Below are positions 21,672 to 34,342 of a stretch of DNA of 64,000 nt, one piece after another. Each line of letters starts with the position of its first letter. The stretch's first letter is position 1. Source of the stretch: Aulosira sp. ZfuVER01 (GTDB lineage Bacteria > Cyanobacteriota > Cyanobacteriia > Cyanobacteriales > Nostocaceae); contig JAVRCV020000022.1 of assembly GCA_034530615.2 (NCBI GenBank), forward strand, positions 32,001-96,000. Direction: 5' to 3'. The notes beneath the pieces are model-generated. The model did not search any database. It was not told where the DNA came from and saw nothing but the letters and a program-made list of their open reading frames with translations. Both the position numbers and the translations under genes were made by a program.

Positions 21672-22802
<1,131 letters not shown>

Positions 22803-22954
22803 ACCATGTTTTAGGAAAAGGGAATACCTGCATCACTTCCCTTTTACCTTTGATCTAACTTTTATCCCCCACGGGGACTTAGAGTCCCCAACCCCATAGG
22901 GGAAATCCCCTTCCCTGACTATCCCGGTTCCTTAGGAGCAAGAGAGACTTAAAG

Positions 22955-24317
22955 ATGACTCCTCCAGAAAACAACAACATCATTGAAGAAAGAAAAGAAC
23001 TAATTAAAGAAGTTCTCAACGCCTATCCCGAAAAAGCAGCGAAAAAACGGGAAAAGCACTTAAACGTATACGAAGAAGGTAAGTCCGACTGCGGCGTTAA
23101 GTCTAACATTAAGTCCCTTCCTGGTGTAATGACCGCCCGTGGTTGTGCTTATGCAGGTTCCAAGGGTGTGGTTTGGGGTCCTATTAAGGACATGATCCAC
23201 ATCAGCCACGGGCCTGTTGGTTGCGGTTACTGGTCTTGGTCTGGTCGTCGTAACTACTACATTGGTACAACTGGTGTTGACACCTTTGGTACCATGCACT
23301 TCACCTCCGACTTCCAAGAACGTGACATCGTTTTCGGTGGTGACAAGAAACTATTTAAGCTGATTCAAGAACTCGAAGTTCTCTTCCCTCTCAGCCGTGG
23401 TGTTTCTATTCAATCTGAATGTCCCATCGGTTTGATTGGGGATGACATCGAAGCAGTTGCTAAGAAAGCTGCGAAAGAAATTAACAAGCCTGTTGTACCT
23501 GTACGTTGCGAAGGCTTCCGTGGTGTTTCTCAGTCCTTGGGTCACCACATCGCTAACGACATGATCCGTGACTGGGTATTCCCCAGAGCAGATCAAGCCA
23601 AGAAAGATGGCACACTCAAGTTTGAAGGTACTCCTTATGATGTAGCCATCATTGGTGACTACAACATCGGTGGTGATGCTTGGGCTAGCCGCATCCTCTT
23701 AGAAGAAATCGGCTTGCGCGTAGTCGCTCAGTGGTCTGGTGACGGTACTATCAACGAAATGTTGATGACCCCCAATGTGAAGATGAACCTCATCCACTGT
23801 TATCGGTCGATGAACTACATCAGCCGTCACATGGAAGAAAAATATGGTATTCCCTGGTTGGAATACAATTTCTTTGGTCCTACCAAGATTGCTGAATCTT
23901 TACGGGAAATTGCTTCTAAATTTGACTCGAAGATCCAAGAAAACGCTGAGAAGGTTATTGCTAAGTATCAGCCGACAATGGATGCGATCGTTAAGAAGTA
24001 TCGCCCCCGTTTGGAAGGTAAGACCGTCGCTATGATGGTTGGTGGTTTGCGTCCTCGCCACGTTGTACCCGCTTTCCAAGATTTGGGTATGAAGATGATT
24101 GGTACAGGTTATGAGTTCGCTCATAATGACGACTACAAACGTACGACTCACTACATCGAAAACGGCACCATCGTTTATGACGACGTTACCGCTTACGAAT
24201 TTGAAGAGTTTGTTAAAGCACTCAAGCCAGATTTGATTGCTTCCGGTGTGAAAGAGAAGTACGTCTTCCAAAAGATGGGTCTTCCTTTCCGTCAAATGCA
24301 CTCTTGGGATTACTCCG
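22955..24317 (+). CDS. nifD: Nitrogenase MoFe alpha chain, 5' part (interrupted)
   Basis: [22 protein letters not shown] ending in GGATTACTCCG. Confidence 0.97.
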
Positions 24318-24642
24318 AACCTAGCGATCGCCCTTAGAACTCTCGATTCTAGCAGGTTTTTTGGTGGCGGTAGAAAAAAGCTTCTATTTATAGCCTAAAT
24401 GCAAGTTGCAGCGTTATCGACTAACAATCTTTTTTGATACTTTAGACAATACAAATCTTATTCTGTATGGTTTTGAGATTTTGCTTGCATGAGTTTTAAA
24501 GGAAAACTGTTAAATTAAAAACTATTTTGAATGACATTTTTTAGATTAAATGATGCGAGCGCTACTCATTTGGGTTGTTAACCTGCGGTTTATCATAATT
24601 TATTTTGCAATCAGGTTTTCAGAATTTTTACCAGAATTTGGT

Positions 24643-26799
24643 TTATTCTACATCTTCACTTAGACCTTCGAGAAAGGCGATCGCTCCTTTACCCCAAACA
24701 CTCTGTTCAACAAAATGTTCTCCCATTTTGAATGTCGCTTTTTTACCACCATTCCAGAGGCGTTTAAGATTGAGAAGGCTTTGCCAACGCTTTGGGTCTT
24801 TAGCTTCAATAAGTTTAGCTTCTACATCAATTATTTGTGTGACAGCAGCTTCATCATTTAGTTTAGGGTATTTGGTTTGAAGACTGTCAATAAATTGTTT
24901 AAATTCAGAGAACAGGATATCAAAGTTTTGCTCAGTAATCTGGTTATTCTGTGTGACAAGCTGATTTTGTTGAACAGTGTCAGCTATGCCGCCTACATAG
25001 GCATTACGTAAATCATATTTGGGTGCTTCTGCCATTTTTCCTATCCTCTCTATTAATTTATCTATCTGTCCTTTTTGGTCATCAATCTGCCGACGTTGAG
25101 CGTGATTCTCTCCTTCAAGATAGCTAATTTGGTGTACAGCTGCCTGTAAGCGTTGTTCTGCAACAGCACTTTCTGTAGCTTTAAAGGTTCTAGCTACCTC
25201 TAGTTCCGCAGCTTTTGGAATTCCTCCTATTGAAACATTTAACGACTTATCACTTAGCTTAGATAATCCTTTGATTTCAGCCTTAGGATTGTTTTGAAGA
25301 AGTTGAGCAAGAGCAACACGAAAAGCTACAGGATCGCTGCCTGTGTGAAACAGCAAATCGAGAGTATCACCAAATGTTTTATATACTGCTGAAAAATCGC
25401 CATCGGCAAATTCTCCAACAAGAGGACGGCGGCTTTCGGGGGTGCGATCGCTCGAAAGATAAATGAAATCACATTTAACATCATCAAACTTTGTTTCCAA
25501 GTCAATCAGCCAACTTTGAATACAAGCTCCTGTTAAATTAGCACCCCTCAAATTTGCTTGAGAAAGTGTTGTATGAGTCAGATTGGAGTGTGATAAATCT
25601 GCATTTTGCAAGTCTGCTTCATGTAGATTAGCATTAACAAAGCTTGCATTCGATAGATTACAACTGCTTAAGTTTGTAAACCTCAAGTCCATATTATTAA
25701 AAATCCCATACTTTCCCTCCCCTGTAACAGCTATATTGAACACATCAACCTCGTTTTTATCCAAGGAAATAGAGGGAAAATCATAAAAATCACTTTGAAT
25801 AAAACAGTCTCTCCAATTTGTCTGATAGCAACATGCTTCTTCAAATTTAGTTCGGGCTAAATAAGCTCTAGTAAAATTAGCTTTTCTTAAATTAGAACCT
25901 TTGAAAGTTGTATAAATGCTAATATAACCTCCATATAATCCTATAGTCAGCAATATAATCAAAAATGTAACAACCGCTATCATCAAATAGCCAGTGTTAG
26001 ACAAAATATAACCATCTTCTTCATTTATAAGTATAAGATTTTTCGGAAAAATATTATTTGACTCGAGAGATGTCCAGATTGTAAATATGCTAAATAATAA
26101 ACAAAACAAAGGAATTGTAAAAACAAAAATATAGCTTTTTCTACCATCAATATTCCTTAGAATATTGATAGACAATTTTTCTGCTTTTTTCTCATGTGAA
26201 TATCCAAGGAATAAAGAATTAAAAACTCCTAAAAAAACTACGTCTACAATAAATTTCTTGTTGAATAATGAAGATAATTCTTTTTTTTGTGAAAGAAAAT
26301 ATTGTTTGGCGGACTGGACAATATCTCTACTTGATTTTGAAGAAAAGACAACAGATGGAATCTCAATTATAATTGAATGGGCTGTCAAAATGATTGAGAT
26401 GGCAATAAAGAGCACAACTGAACATAAATAACAGATGATGCCTAATCCTACTAAAAAAAGAGTTAGATTAAAAATATCATTAGCACACAAAACTATTATA
26501 TATACCCAAACAATTCCTGAAAAAACTACCCAAGCTTCTTTATAGCCTGCTTTCGCTTTCGTAAAGTCAGCTTCTTCTAGAAAAGAATAGCTGAAATTGG
26601 TACCTCGAATGTCAGCACCAATAAATTTTGTTTGTCTTAAAGTAGCCTTAGTAAAATTTACCCCTCGAAGATTCGCGCCACTAAAATCTGAACCTGACAA
26701 GTCTTTACCCTTAAAAGACAGTCCCCGCAGATCCATACCTCTGAAGGAGCGATCGCGTAGATCCTGAGACAAGAGTTGGGCTTTAAGCTCACGGTTCAT
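24643..26799 (-). CDS. Pentapeptide-repeat membrane protein
   Basis: A(N/D)L/F.. pentapeptide blocks, hydrophobic helices, coiled-coil C-term. Confidence 0.8.
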   Translation of the reverse strand: MNRELKAQLLSQDLRDRSFRGMDLRGLSFKGKDLSGSDFSGANLRGVNFTKATLRQTKFIGADIRGTNFSYSFLEEADFTKAKAGYKEAWVVFSGIVWVYIIVLCANDIFNLTLFLVGLGIICYLCSVVLFIAISIILTAHSIIIEIPSVVFSSKSSRDIVQSAKQYFLSQKKELSSLFNKKFIVDVVFLGVFNSLFLGYSHEKKAEKLSINILRNIDGRKSYIFVFTIPLFCLLFSIFTIWTSLESNNIFPKNLILINEEDGYILSNTGYLMIAVVTFLIILLTIGLYGGYISIYTTFKGSNLRKANFTRAYLARTKFEEACCYQTNWRDCFIQSDFYDFPSISLDKNEVDVFNIAVTGEGKYGIFNNMDLRFTNLSSCNLSNASFVNANLHEADLQNADLSHSNLTHTTLSQANLRGANLTGACIQSWLIDLETKFDDVKCDFIYLSSDRTPESRRPLVGEFADGDFSAVYKTFGDTLDLLFHTGSDPVAFRVALAQLLQNNPKAEIKGLSKLSDKSLNVSIGGIPKAAELEVARTFKATESAVAEQRLQAAVHQISYLEGENHAQRRQIDDQKGQIDKLIERIGKMAEAPKYDLRNAYVGGIADTVQQNQLVTQNNQITEQNFDILFSEFKQFIDSLQTKYPKLNDEAAVTQIIDVEAKLIEAKDPKRWQSLLNLKRLWNGGKKATFKMGEHFVEQSVWGKGAIAFLEGLSEDVE

Positions 26800-27072
26800 G
26801 GGCAGCAAGTTAAGGATCGACCAAGTTTAGGAAGCAGCGTTCAAATAAACTACTAGTTAACAACCATTATTAAAATAATATACAGAAATTTTCCGTTTAA
26901 TTACTTAATTATCCTGCTATCTTGCTGAAATGCTGATGATTGCGTGTTAATAAAATTAATTTACGGGATAGTGCGATCGCGCCTAGTACCTGTTATTAAC
27001 GCTTTGAGGCTCAACCCTCACCAGTAGCTTTCAGCTAAGATATGATACTTGATATTAATTTTTGCCTGATTC

Positions 27073-27735
27073 ATGACAATCTTAACTGTAGAAGGTCTCT
27101 GCTCAGAAGCAGCAATATTTTCAGCCGCAGAGTCTCTACACCCAGAACCCTTACTCTACGGTGTGACTGATGGTAAAGCTGTCGGAACATACTTAGAACA
27201 AAAGTTTAGACTGTATCTCAAAGAGCGATATGAGTTTGTAGAAGGGAATTCTGCAAGCGGGATTGACTTTCCAGGGTTGCTTGTAGATATCAAAGTAACA
27301 AGCATTAGACAACCACAGTCATCCTGTCCTTTCAAGTCAGCACGCCAAAAGATTTTTGGGCTTGGCTACTCGCTGCTGATTTTTGTATACGATAAAACAG
27401 ACAATAGCACCAACCGCACAGCAACCCTAAATATTTTGCATACCATTTACGTGAGTGCTGAAAGAACAGCAGATTTCCAAATGACTCGGGGAATTCGCAA
27501 CATTTTGGCGAATGAGGGTAATAAAGATGATTTAATTGCCTTTATGAGCGATCGCAATTTACCCGTTGATGAAATTGAGGTAGGTAACATCGCCGATGAA
27601 ATACTGATAAATCCGCCTGTACAAGGATTTTTGACTATTTCTAATGCTTTACAATGGCGACTCCAGTATGGAAGAGTAATAGAACGCGCTGGCCAAGAAG
27701 ATGGCATAATTGCTGTTTATAGAATTAGCCCATGA
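27073..27735 (+). CDS. Type II restriction endonuclease (NspV-like, tentative)
   Basis: 220 aa; ID...DIK PD-(D/E)xK-like motif; overlaps downstream methyltransferase start (ATGA). Confidence 0.65.
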   Translation: MTILTVEGLCSEAAIFSAAESLHPEPLLYGVTDGKAVGTYLEQKFRLYLKERYEFVEGNSASGIDFPGLLVDIKVTSIRQPQSSCPFKSARQKIFGLGYSLLIFVYDKTDNSTNRTATLNILHTIYVSAERTADFQMTRGIRNILANEGNKDDLIAFMSDRNLPVDEIEVGNIADEILINPPVQGFLTISNALQWRLQYGRVIERAGQEDGIIAVYRISP

Positions 27736-29174
27736 CTCGTATTGCACATAAAGCACAAATAGAATATGGAGACTTCCAGACACCACTAGAACTAGCTCAG
27801 AAGGTATGTCAAAAGCTGGTAGAACTTGGTGTTAAGCCAGATGTTATAGTTGAGCCTACCTGTGGAGTGGGTAATTTTCTTGAAGCTGCTTCCTCTTCAT
27901 TTCCATCAGCCAGCAAAATTATCGGTGTTGAAATAAATTCTAATTATCTAGAAGCACTTAAAAGAAAAAGCCAATTTTTGCATGATGAAAGAATTGAAAT
28001 TAAATATGGTAATTTTTTTCAATTTGATTGGTCATCACTAACAAGCCAATTCCAAAAGGAAACATTAGTGCTTGGTAATTTCCCTTGGGTTACCAATTCA
28101 CAGCAGGGTATTATTGGTGGGGGAAATATACCTGAAAAGAGAAATTTTCAAAATCATAGGGGATTAGATGCAATTACTGGTAAGAGTAACTTTGATATAT
28201 CAGAGTGGATGCTAATCCAAGTTGTTCAATGGTTACAGAACCGTAATGCTTACCTTGCTATGCTTTGCAAGACTTCTGTTGCTAGAAAAATATTGGGCTA
28301 CCTTCATGCTAAAAAATTAAATGTTGCTTATTGTGCGACTTACAAAATAGATGCTAAAAAATATTTTGATGCAACCGTTGAAGCTTGTTTGTTGTTCTGT
28401 AAATTTGATTTAAATTCAAAAAATTATTTTTGTGATGTATTCAGTAACTTTGAAAGTTCAGATTATTATCGAATAGGATATCGAAATAATATTCTTGTTA
28501 AAAATCTAACAAGTTTTGAAAACTTAAAATACTTATATAATGTAAAATCTGAAACAAGGTGGCGTTCTGGTATTAAGCATGATTGCGCGAGTGTGATGGA
28601 ATTTTGCAAAGTGAATAATACTCTCATCAATGGATTAGGAGAATCTGTTGATATTGAAGAAACCTATGTTTTCCCTTTACTTAAAGGTTCTTATGTTGCC
28701 CAGAACCAAGTACAGGCTACTGACAGATATATTTTAGTTACCCAGAAATTTGTTGGTGAATCTACTGAACATATAAAAGATTCGGCTCCTAAAACATGGA
28801 GCTATCTGGAAAGTCATGCAAAATATCTAGATAAAAGAAAAAGTAAGATTTATCAAAATAATCCTCGATTTTCTATTTTTGGTGTCGGTTCATATACTTT
28901 TGCACCCTGGAAGATTGCAATTTGTGGACTTTACAAGAAATTAGATTTTAGATTGATAAGTCACATAGAAGCAAAACCTGCGGTTTGTGATGATACTATT
29001 TACTTCCTCAGCTTTGATGATGAGCAAGTTGCATATAAAAATTTTCAACTTTTAAGTTCTTCCTTAGCGAAAGAATTTTACTCTTCTTTAATATTTTGGG
29101 ATGAAAAGCGTCCAATCAAGTCCAGTATTTTAAATTGCTTAAATTTGACTGACTTAAGCGAAGCAAGATTTTAA
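27732..29174 (+). CDS. DNA methyltransferase (NspV-like, tentative)
   Basis: GDFQTP, VEPTCGVGNF (SAM motif I), GNFPW (motif IV variant). Confidence 0.8.
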   Translation: MTRIAHKAQIEYGDFQTPLELAQKVCQKLVELGVKPDVIVEPTCGVGNFLEAASSSFPSASKIIGVEINSNYLEALKRKSQFLHDERIEIKYGNFFQFDWSSLTSQFQKETLVLGNFPWVTNSQQGIIGGGNIPEKRNFQNHRGLDAITGKSNFDISEWMLIQVVQWLQNRNAYLAMLCKTSVARKILGYLHAKKLNVAYCATYKIDAKKYFDATVEACLLFCKFDLNSKNYFCDVFSNFESSDYYRIGYRNNILVKNLTSFENLKYLYNVKSETRWRSGIKHDCASVMEFCKVNNTLINGLGESVDIEETYVFPLLKGSYVAQNQVQATDRYILVTQKFVGESTEHIKDSAPKTWSYLESHAKYLDKRKSKIYQNNPRFSIFGVGSYTFAPWKIAICGLYKKLDFRLISHIEAKPAVCDDTIYFLSFDDEQVAYKNFQLLSSSLAKEFYSSLIFWDEKRPIKSSILNCLNLTDLSEARF

Positions 29175-29218
29175 TTTGATAGTTAAAACTGCGATCGCCT
29201 GACTCTCAAAGCCTGACA

Positions 29219-30034
29219 TTATATTTTATAGCTACGTTTAATGATAGAAAAATACCAGCTATCGGGTAGTAGTTTACGCAGCATCAGCAACAGTGGCGCA
29301 GGTTGACCCACAGAATAACGCATCTTGCTGCTGCGATCGCTTGCCGCTTGAAAAATCACCTTAGCAACTACTTCCGGTGGTTCCCCATTTCGCCCAGCTT
29401 CCTGGGAAACCTTTTCTACTGTATCGACTAACGATTTATACATGGGTAAATCATCACTCATGATAAACTGCCGACTGCTACCGTAAAACTCGGTTTTAAT
29501 CGCGCCTGGTTCGATAATTTTAACTTTAATATTGAAAGGTTCTAATTCATAGTGCAATGATTCGCTAAATCCTTCTACTGCCCATTTAGAACTGTGATAA
29601 ATGCTGTATAACGGGAAAGTAACTCGACCTCCCATACTGGCGATTTGAATAATTGTACCGCCACCTTGTTCGCGAAAATGGGGAATGATGGCTCGGGTGA
29701 CTCGCATTAATCCAAACAAATTGGTATTGAATTGCTGCTCAATGATTTCATCGTTCATGGCTTCAAATACGCCATCTACACCAAAACCTGCATTGTTAAC
29801 TAAAACATCAATTTGACCGAAATCTTGGATAGCAGATGCGATCGCACTCTGAATACTGTTATTGTCTGTAACGTCTAAGGAATATAACTTGACGTTGGAT
29901 AAGTTAGACAAATCTTTGTCTTTGCTGGGGTTACGCATGGTTGCAGCAACGTTCCACCCTTGTTGAGCAAAGTACATTGCAGTCAGTTTACCAATACCAC
30001 TGGATGTTCCGGTGATGAGGACTGTTTTAGGCAT
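29219..30034 (-). CDS. SDR family oxidoreductase
   Basis: TGTSSGIG, NNAG, YHSSK. Confidence 0.92.
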   Translation of the reverse strand: MPKTVLITGTSSGIGKLTAMYFAQQGWNVAATMRNPSKDKDLSNLSNVKLYSLDVTDNNSIQSAIASAIQDFGQIDVLVNNAGFGVDGVFEAMNDEIIEQQFNTNLFGLMRVTRAIIPHFREQGGGTIIQIASMGGRVTFPLYSIYHSSKWAVEGFSESLHYELEPFNIKVKIIEPGAIKTEFYGSSRQFIMSDDLPMYKSLVDTVEKVSQEAGRNGEPPEVVAKVIFQAASDRSSKMRYSVGQPAPLLLMLRKLLPDSWYFSIIKRSYKI

Positions 30035-30139
30035 TGTTTCCGGGAGATTAAGTAAAATGTAGCGTAAACAAAAATACTATCTGCTTTGGTAATTGCGTTA
30101 AATATACTTAAATGATTATCTTCGATGCGATCGCTATTG

Positions 30140-30723
30140 TCAGCGGCTCAATGGATTTTTGTTCTGTGCTGCTGATGTTATGGTTTGCTCAATTCTCCTC
30201 AACCTTGTCTCTGGACGTTTAGCGCTATCAATCCAAGATAGGATATTTTTCTTGGATGAGTTACTAAACGCCTCAAAATACCTATTAGCAGTTTCATTTG
30301 CTGCTAATGCTAGTTTTAAATCTGTTGGGATTGTTAATGCTTCAATCGCATCTAAGCTAGTCCATGAACCATCTTGTTTTGCAGCTTCAATCTTTTTTAA
30401 ACCAGCTTCAGTCATCAAATCTTGGGTAATGAGTTCTTCAATATATTGCTTATTTAATTTTGACCATACACTTTTTGGTTTTCGAGGTGTAAATATTTGT
30501 CTATATCGTTCTTCGTCCAATGATTTTACTTTACTATCAATCCAACCAAAGCATAAGGCTTCTTTTACTGCTTCACTATATTTGATGCTTGGCTTTCCAC
30601 TTTTTACTTTGTAGTAAATCAGCCATACTCCGATAGAACTATGATGATTTTTTCCAACCATTCTCGCCATTCTTGACGGTCTTGGGCATAAACTGTTTCT
30701 AGTTGGTTCTCAAATTTTGGCAT
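30140..30723 (-). pseudogene. YdeI/OmpD-associated family gene with a 1-nt frameshift
   Basis: MPKFENQLETVYAQDRQEWREWLEK shifts frame in A6 run (30648-30653) before NHHSSIGVWL...ALCFGWIDS...AKRPETR. Confidence 0.7.
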
Positions 30724-30783
30724 AGCAGAAATTTAACAGAGGAAACTTAACCATTAATAATAATTTGCCTCAAACTAATAGTT

Positions 30784-31113
30784 TCAAACTTTTGCCATAC
30801 AATCTCCAATCGCTTGAACAACAAATGGTGCGCCTAAAATTTTTGGTTTCCAGCCAGCTTGTATTGCTTGCAATATCCATCTGGCTGCATCTGAAGGTTT
30901 CACTGGTTTAACTTCAGCTATCCAATTTTGGGGGTGAGGTTTATCGGTGTAGATGACTAATACTGAACCAGGTACTTGAGCATGTTCTACTGCAACATGA
31001 ATATACCCACAACCATAATCTGCTTGAGAGTTGGTAGCTTGTCTTCGGATTAGCCAAATAAAAGGCTCTCCATCAACTACAATTTTTCTTGTGCCTCGCT
31101 TTGGTATTGACAC
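30784..31113 (-). CDS. Hypothetical protein
   Basis: 109-aa ORF, GTG start with GAGGAG upstream. Confidence 0.6.
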   Translation of the reverse strand: MSIPKRGTRKIVVDGEPFIWLIRRQATNSQADYGCGYIHVAVEHAQVPGSVLVIYTDKPHPQNWIAEVKPVKPSDAARWILQAIQAGWKPKILGAPFVVQAIGDCMAKV

Positions 31114-31183
31114 TTGCTTAGGCTCTCCTCAGTTCTCCAACATAGCAATTGTTTTCAGGTTTCAAAAATCTAAATGCATTGAG

Positions 31184-31711
31184 CTACGAAGATATTTCAA
31201 TTAATTGCATATTTGCCTTGATTGGATCAAAACCCAATCGGAACTTTGTACTAGAGCTATACTTCGCTCCTGTAAAGTTAGCCTCAGTAATGACTGCTTC
31301 GGATAGGTCAGATCCACTTAAATTTGCTTCACTCAAGTCTGCTTCTCTCAGACGGGTTTCCCTCAAATTCGTTCGCAAAAGTGTAGCACCACATAAGGTT
31401 GCTCTCAACAATATGGTTCTCGTTAAATTAGCCCCTGACATGAATGAATAACTCAGATTAGCACCTGTAAGATTGGCTCGGCTCAATTCAGCTTTATTCA
31501 AAATAGAGGTGCTGAAATTGGTTTGAAACAAAAGTGCGTCGCTCAGATTAGCTCCAGTAAAGTCAGTTTTTCTCAGGTCTGCTCTACTAAAATTAATTCC
31601 TGTCAATATGACTCCACTCAAATTCATTCCACTTAAATTAGAACCTTCAAAATTGCGTTCTCCAAGGTTGTACTGTTCTAGCAATTGTTCAGCACTATTG
31701 ACTTTGGGCAT
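31184..31711 (-). CDS. Pentapeptide repeat protein
   Basis: GERNF start then ANLS/ADLR repeats. Confidence 0.88.
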   Translation of the reverse strand: MPKVNSAEQLLEQYNLGERNFEGSNLSGMNLSGVILTGINFSRADLRKTDFTGANLSDALLFQTNFSTSILNKAELSRANLTGANLSYSFMSGANLTRTILLRATLCGATLLRTNLRETRLREADLSEANLSGSDLSEAVITEANFTGAKYSSSTKFRLGFDPIKANMQLIEISS

Positions 31712-31815
31712 TCAGCTATCCTTTGGTAATTGCACACCGCTTCCAAATTAACCGCTCAATGCGCCTAATGTCCAAAATCAGCGGCGGTAAATAATCTTAG
31801 TATCTCCGACGCCTT

Positions 31816-32250
31816 TCAACTGTCCGCTACGTTGATAACAGGTAGCCAGGGAATATCTGTAACGCCTGGTTCGTAGCCCAATTGCTTGATTAGGGTTGTG
31901 GCTTGTCCTCAATGATGAGTTTGATGGTTGAATATATGGGTAACTAAAACCCAAGTTGGTAATATGCGCTGCTGACGATCTACATTGCTGATATATTCAA
32001 AGGGTTGGTTCAGCCAGTTAGAATCAAGATGTTTAGACCATTCTAGAATTTGTTGATCTGTATTTTCTCGTTCTCTTCTTAAATCATCAAAATCAGCATA
32101 CAATTGTTGACCAATCATTGTCATAGAAAACGGATTACTGGTAAATCTTCCCATCCATGCTTTATCACCATAAAGTAAGCGATTCAAAGTACCATGAATT
32201 GATTTAAAGAATGCGCCAAGATCCTGTTTACGTTTCTCAATTAAAATCTT
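31816..32250 (-). pseudogene. DinB family remnant
   Basis: FFKSIHGTLN...HIFNHQTHH*GQATTLIKQLG: in-frame TGA at the usual HHRGQ; N-terminus missing. Confidence 0.7.
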
Positions 32251-32400
32251 GGCAGCAGTGTTCATGGTCATGGATCGTGTCTGCTATGTACTAATGCCAA
32301 ATTTATTAATTTTGCACTATTTTGGGTGTTTGAGTTTTCCTCTGTTTGCGTGGCTTCTAGCTGAAGGCGTAAAATACACCCTACCAATACTAGAATTTGA
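32249..32400 (+). pseudogene. TraX-like N-terminal fragment
   Basis: FMVMD...LSFPLFAWLLAEG resembles TraX N-terminus, then diverges. Confidence 0.45.
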
Positions 32401-32451
32401 TAGCATTAACAGAGTGGGCGATCGCAAAAGCAACAGATTTGCAAAAACACT

Positions 32452-33030
32452 ATGGCAAAGCGTAAAAAAAGCAATCTTCAGTGGATTAAAGAAACGCTTG
32501 AACTAAAACCTGACCATCGCTGGGAATCACCTTCAGGTTACAAAATTTTTGTCGCCAATCGGGGGGCTGTACGCTTCAATGTACCCCAGGATTGGGTTTT
32601 TGAGCCAAAAGAAAAATCGTTTAAGTTTCTCGATAAAAAACCACCTAACGACGATTGCTGTCTGGAAGTATCTTTCAATCAGCTACCACCTAATGATTGG
32701 AGCCTGTTTCCGCTAAAATCTGCCTTGAAGAAAGTGATGGATGAAGACAGTCGTGACATCATTGAGCGAGGAGAGATCATTACTGTCAAACGTCAAACAG
32801 CCAAGATTGTCTGGACAGAGATTAAGTTTATCGACACCCAAGCAGAACCACGGGGAGCGTTTTCGCGGACTTGCATTGGTTTAGGGTCGAATATTCAGTG
32901 CTTGATTACATTTGATTATTGGGCAGATCAAGCAGAGCAACTCATACCCGTTTGGGATGAAGTGATGCGATCGCTTACACTAGGTCTATATATCCGTGAC
33001 CCGATGACTGGTGTGGCTTTCCCAGACTGA
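32452..33030 (+). CDS. Hypothetical protein
   Basis: 192-aa ORF with normal composition. Confidence 0.7.
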   Translation: MAKRKKSNLQWIKETLELKPDHRWESPSGYKIFVANRGAVRFNVPQDWVFEPKEKSFKFLDKKPPNDDCCLEVSFNQLPPNDWSLFPLKSALKKVMDEDSRDIIERGEIITVKRQTAKIVWTEIKFIDTQAEPRGAFSRTCIGLGSNIQCLITFDYWADQAEQLIPVWDEVMRSLTLGLYIRDPMTGVAFPD

Positions 33031-33288
33031 AGCCTAAAAATTTGGTACTGCATAATGTGTTGTTGCCAAGAACAACGCACCATGATTTTTTAGAAAAATT
33101 GGTAGGGCGCGATCGCATATTAAATTTGTTTGCAACGCCTGCTTTAATATTCGTTCTCATACAAAAAGTTAGTATTCCTTTGAATAAATATAAAGCTTAT
33201 AAGTGTGTTGCGTAGGAGCGATCGCCTATACAATGGCCTTTAATGCATCCAGCCAGCACAACAAAAAATGCGATCGCTCTTTGCTCAA

Positions 33289-34086
33289 TTACAAGTTGTT
33301 TTGCAATAATTCTAGAACGTGTTGCCAAGCATCAGGAGCCGCTTGGGGGTTGAAACTGGGATGCTGGGCTAAGAATGGGTATCGATCTACAAAGAAGCCA
33401 GCGAAAAACCCATGTCCTGCATCATAGCGAAATATTTGATGATTTATCTGATGTTTCTTTAACTCAGCCTCAATTTGCTCGTTTTCTGCTTGAGAAATGA
33501 ATTGATCTCTTGTGCCAAAAAACAGATAAATAGTGCCTTTAATTTCTGAAGTGCGATTAACAGTGGGAGTTTCTTCACCATAACTAGAAGTGGTAATCCC
33601 AGCGCCGTAAAATGAAGCCGTGGCTTTGATATCGGGTAAAGTTGCAGCCATGTAAGCAACATGACCACCAAAACAAAAACCCACAGCACCGATTGCATTA
33701 TCTTTGACATTGGGTAAAGTTTTCAGATAAGCGATCGCTGCTTGAATATCGCTGAATATTTCTTGATACTTTACCTGTTGATAGTATTGCAAACCTAGCT
33801 GATAAGCTTCTGGACTAAACCCGATATGTTCTGAGCTAAAGTCAGCTTCAAAACCAGGAGCAATACGCTGATACATCGCCGGGGCTATTGCCACATATCC
33901 TTGTTTAGCTATTAATTCAGTAATATCCCGAATATTACTGTTAATTCCAAAAATTTCAGGAAAAACTATCACAGCACCAAACATACCTTCATCTGCTGGT
34001 TGAGCCAAGTAAGCATCAATTTCTAAGCCATTGTTAGGTACTTTGACTTTTGTAGTTTTAATTTCGATGTTTTTTACTTGTATCAT
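33289..34086 (-). CDS. Dienelactone hydrolase family protein
   Basis: EIFGIN, GFCFGG, AGHGF. Confidence 0.92.
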   Translation of the reverse strand: MIQVKNIEIKTTKVKVPNNGLEIDAYLAQPADEGMFGAVIVFPEIFGINSNIRDITELIAKQGYVAIAPAMYQRIAPGFEADFSSEHIGFSPEAYQLGLQYYQQVKYQEIFSDIQAAIAYLKTLPNVKDNAIGAVGFCFGGHVAYMAATLPDIKATASFYGAGITTSSYGEETPTVNRTSEIKGTIYLFFGTRDQFISQAENEQIEAELKKHQINHQIFRYDAGHGFFAGFFVDRYPFLAQHPSFNPQAAPDAWQHVLELLQNNL

Positions 34087-34342
34087 TTTTACTTCAGCTT
34101 ATTTTAGAGTGGATTTGACTGTTTTCGACAGAGATGAGCGATTGCTACGTGAATAGTTAGTATGGCACTTTGTCACAAGGCACAGCTAACCGAATCAATC
34201 ATAGGCATTCTAAAAACAAATGATTTCTAACTTTTGGCTAGATGGCATCTCAAACTTCTGGACGACACTAAGGGTTTTTGATTTGTGCGACCTTACATAG
34301 GTAAGCATAAAGACTCAACATTAACAAGCACAAGAATCAACT

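Noticed and set aside
22955..24337. nifD as a truncated pseudogene
   Set aside because: 3' part present at 43381 and rejoined in frame by the 11-bp repeats
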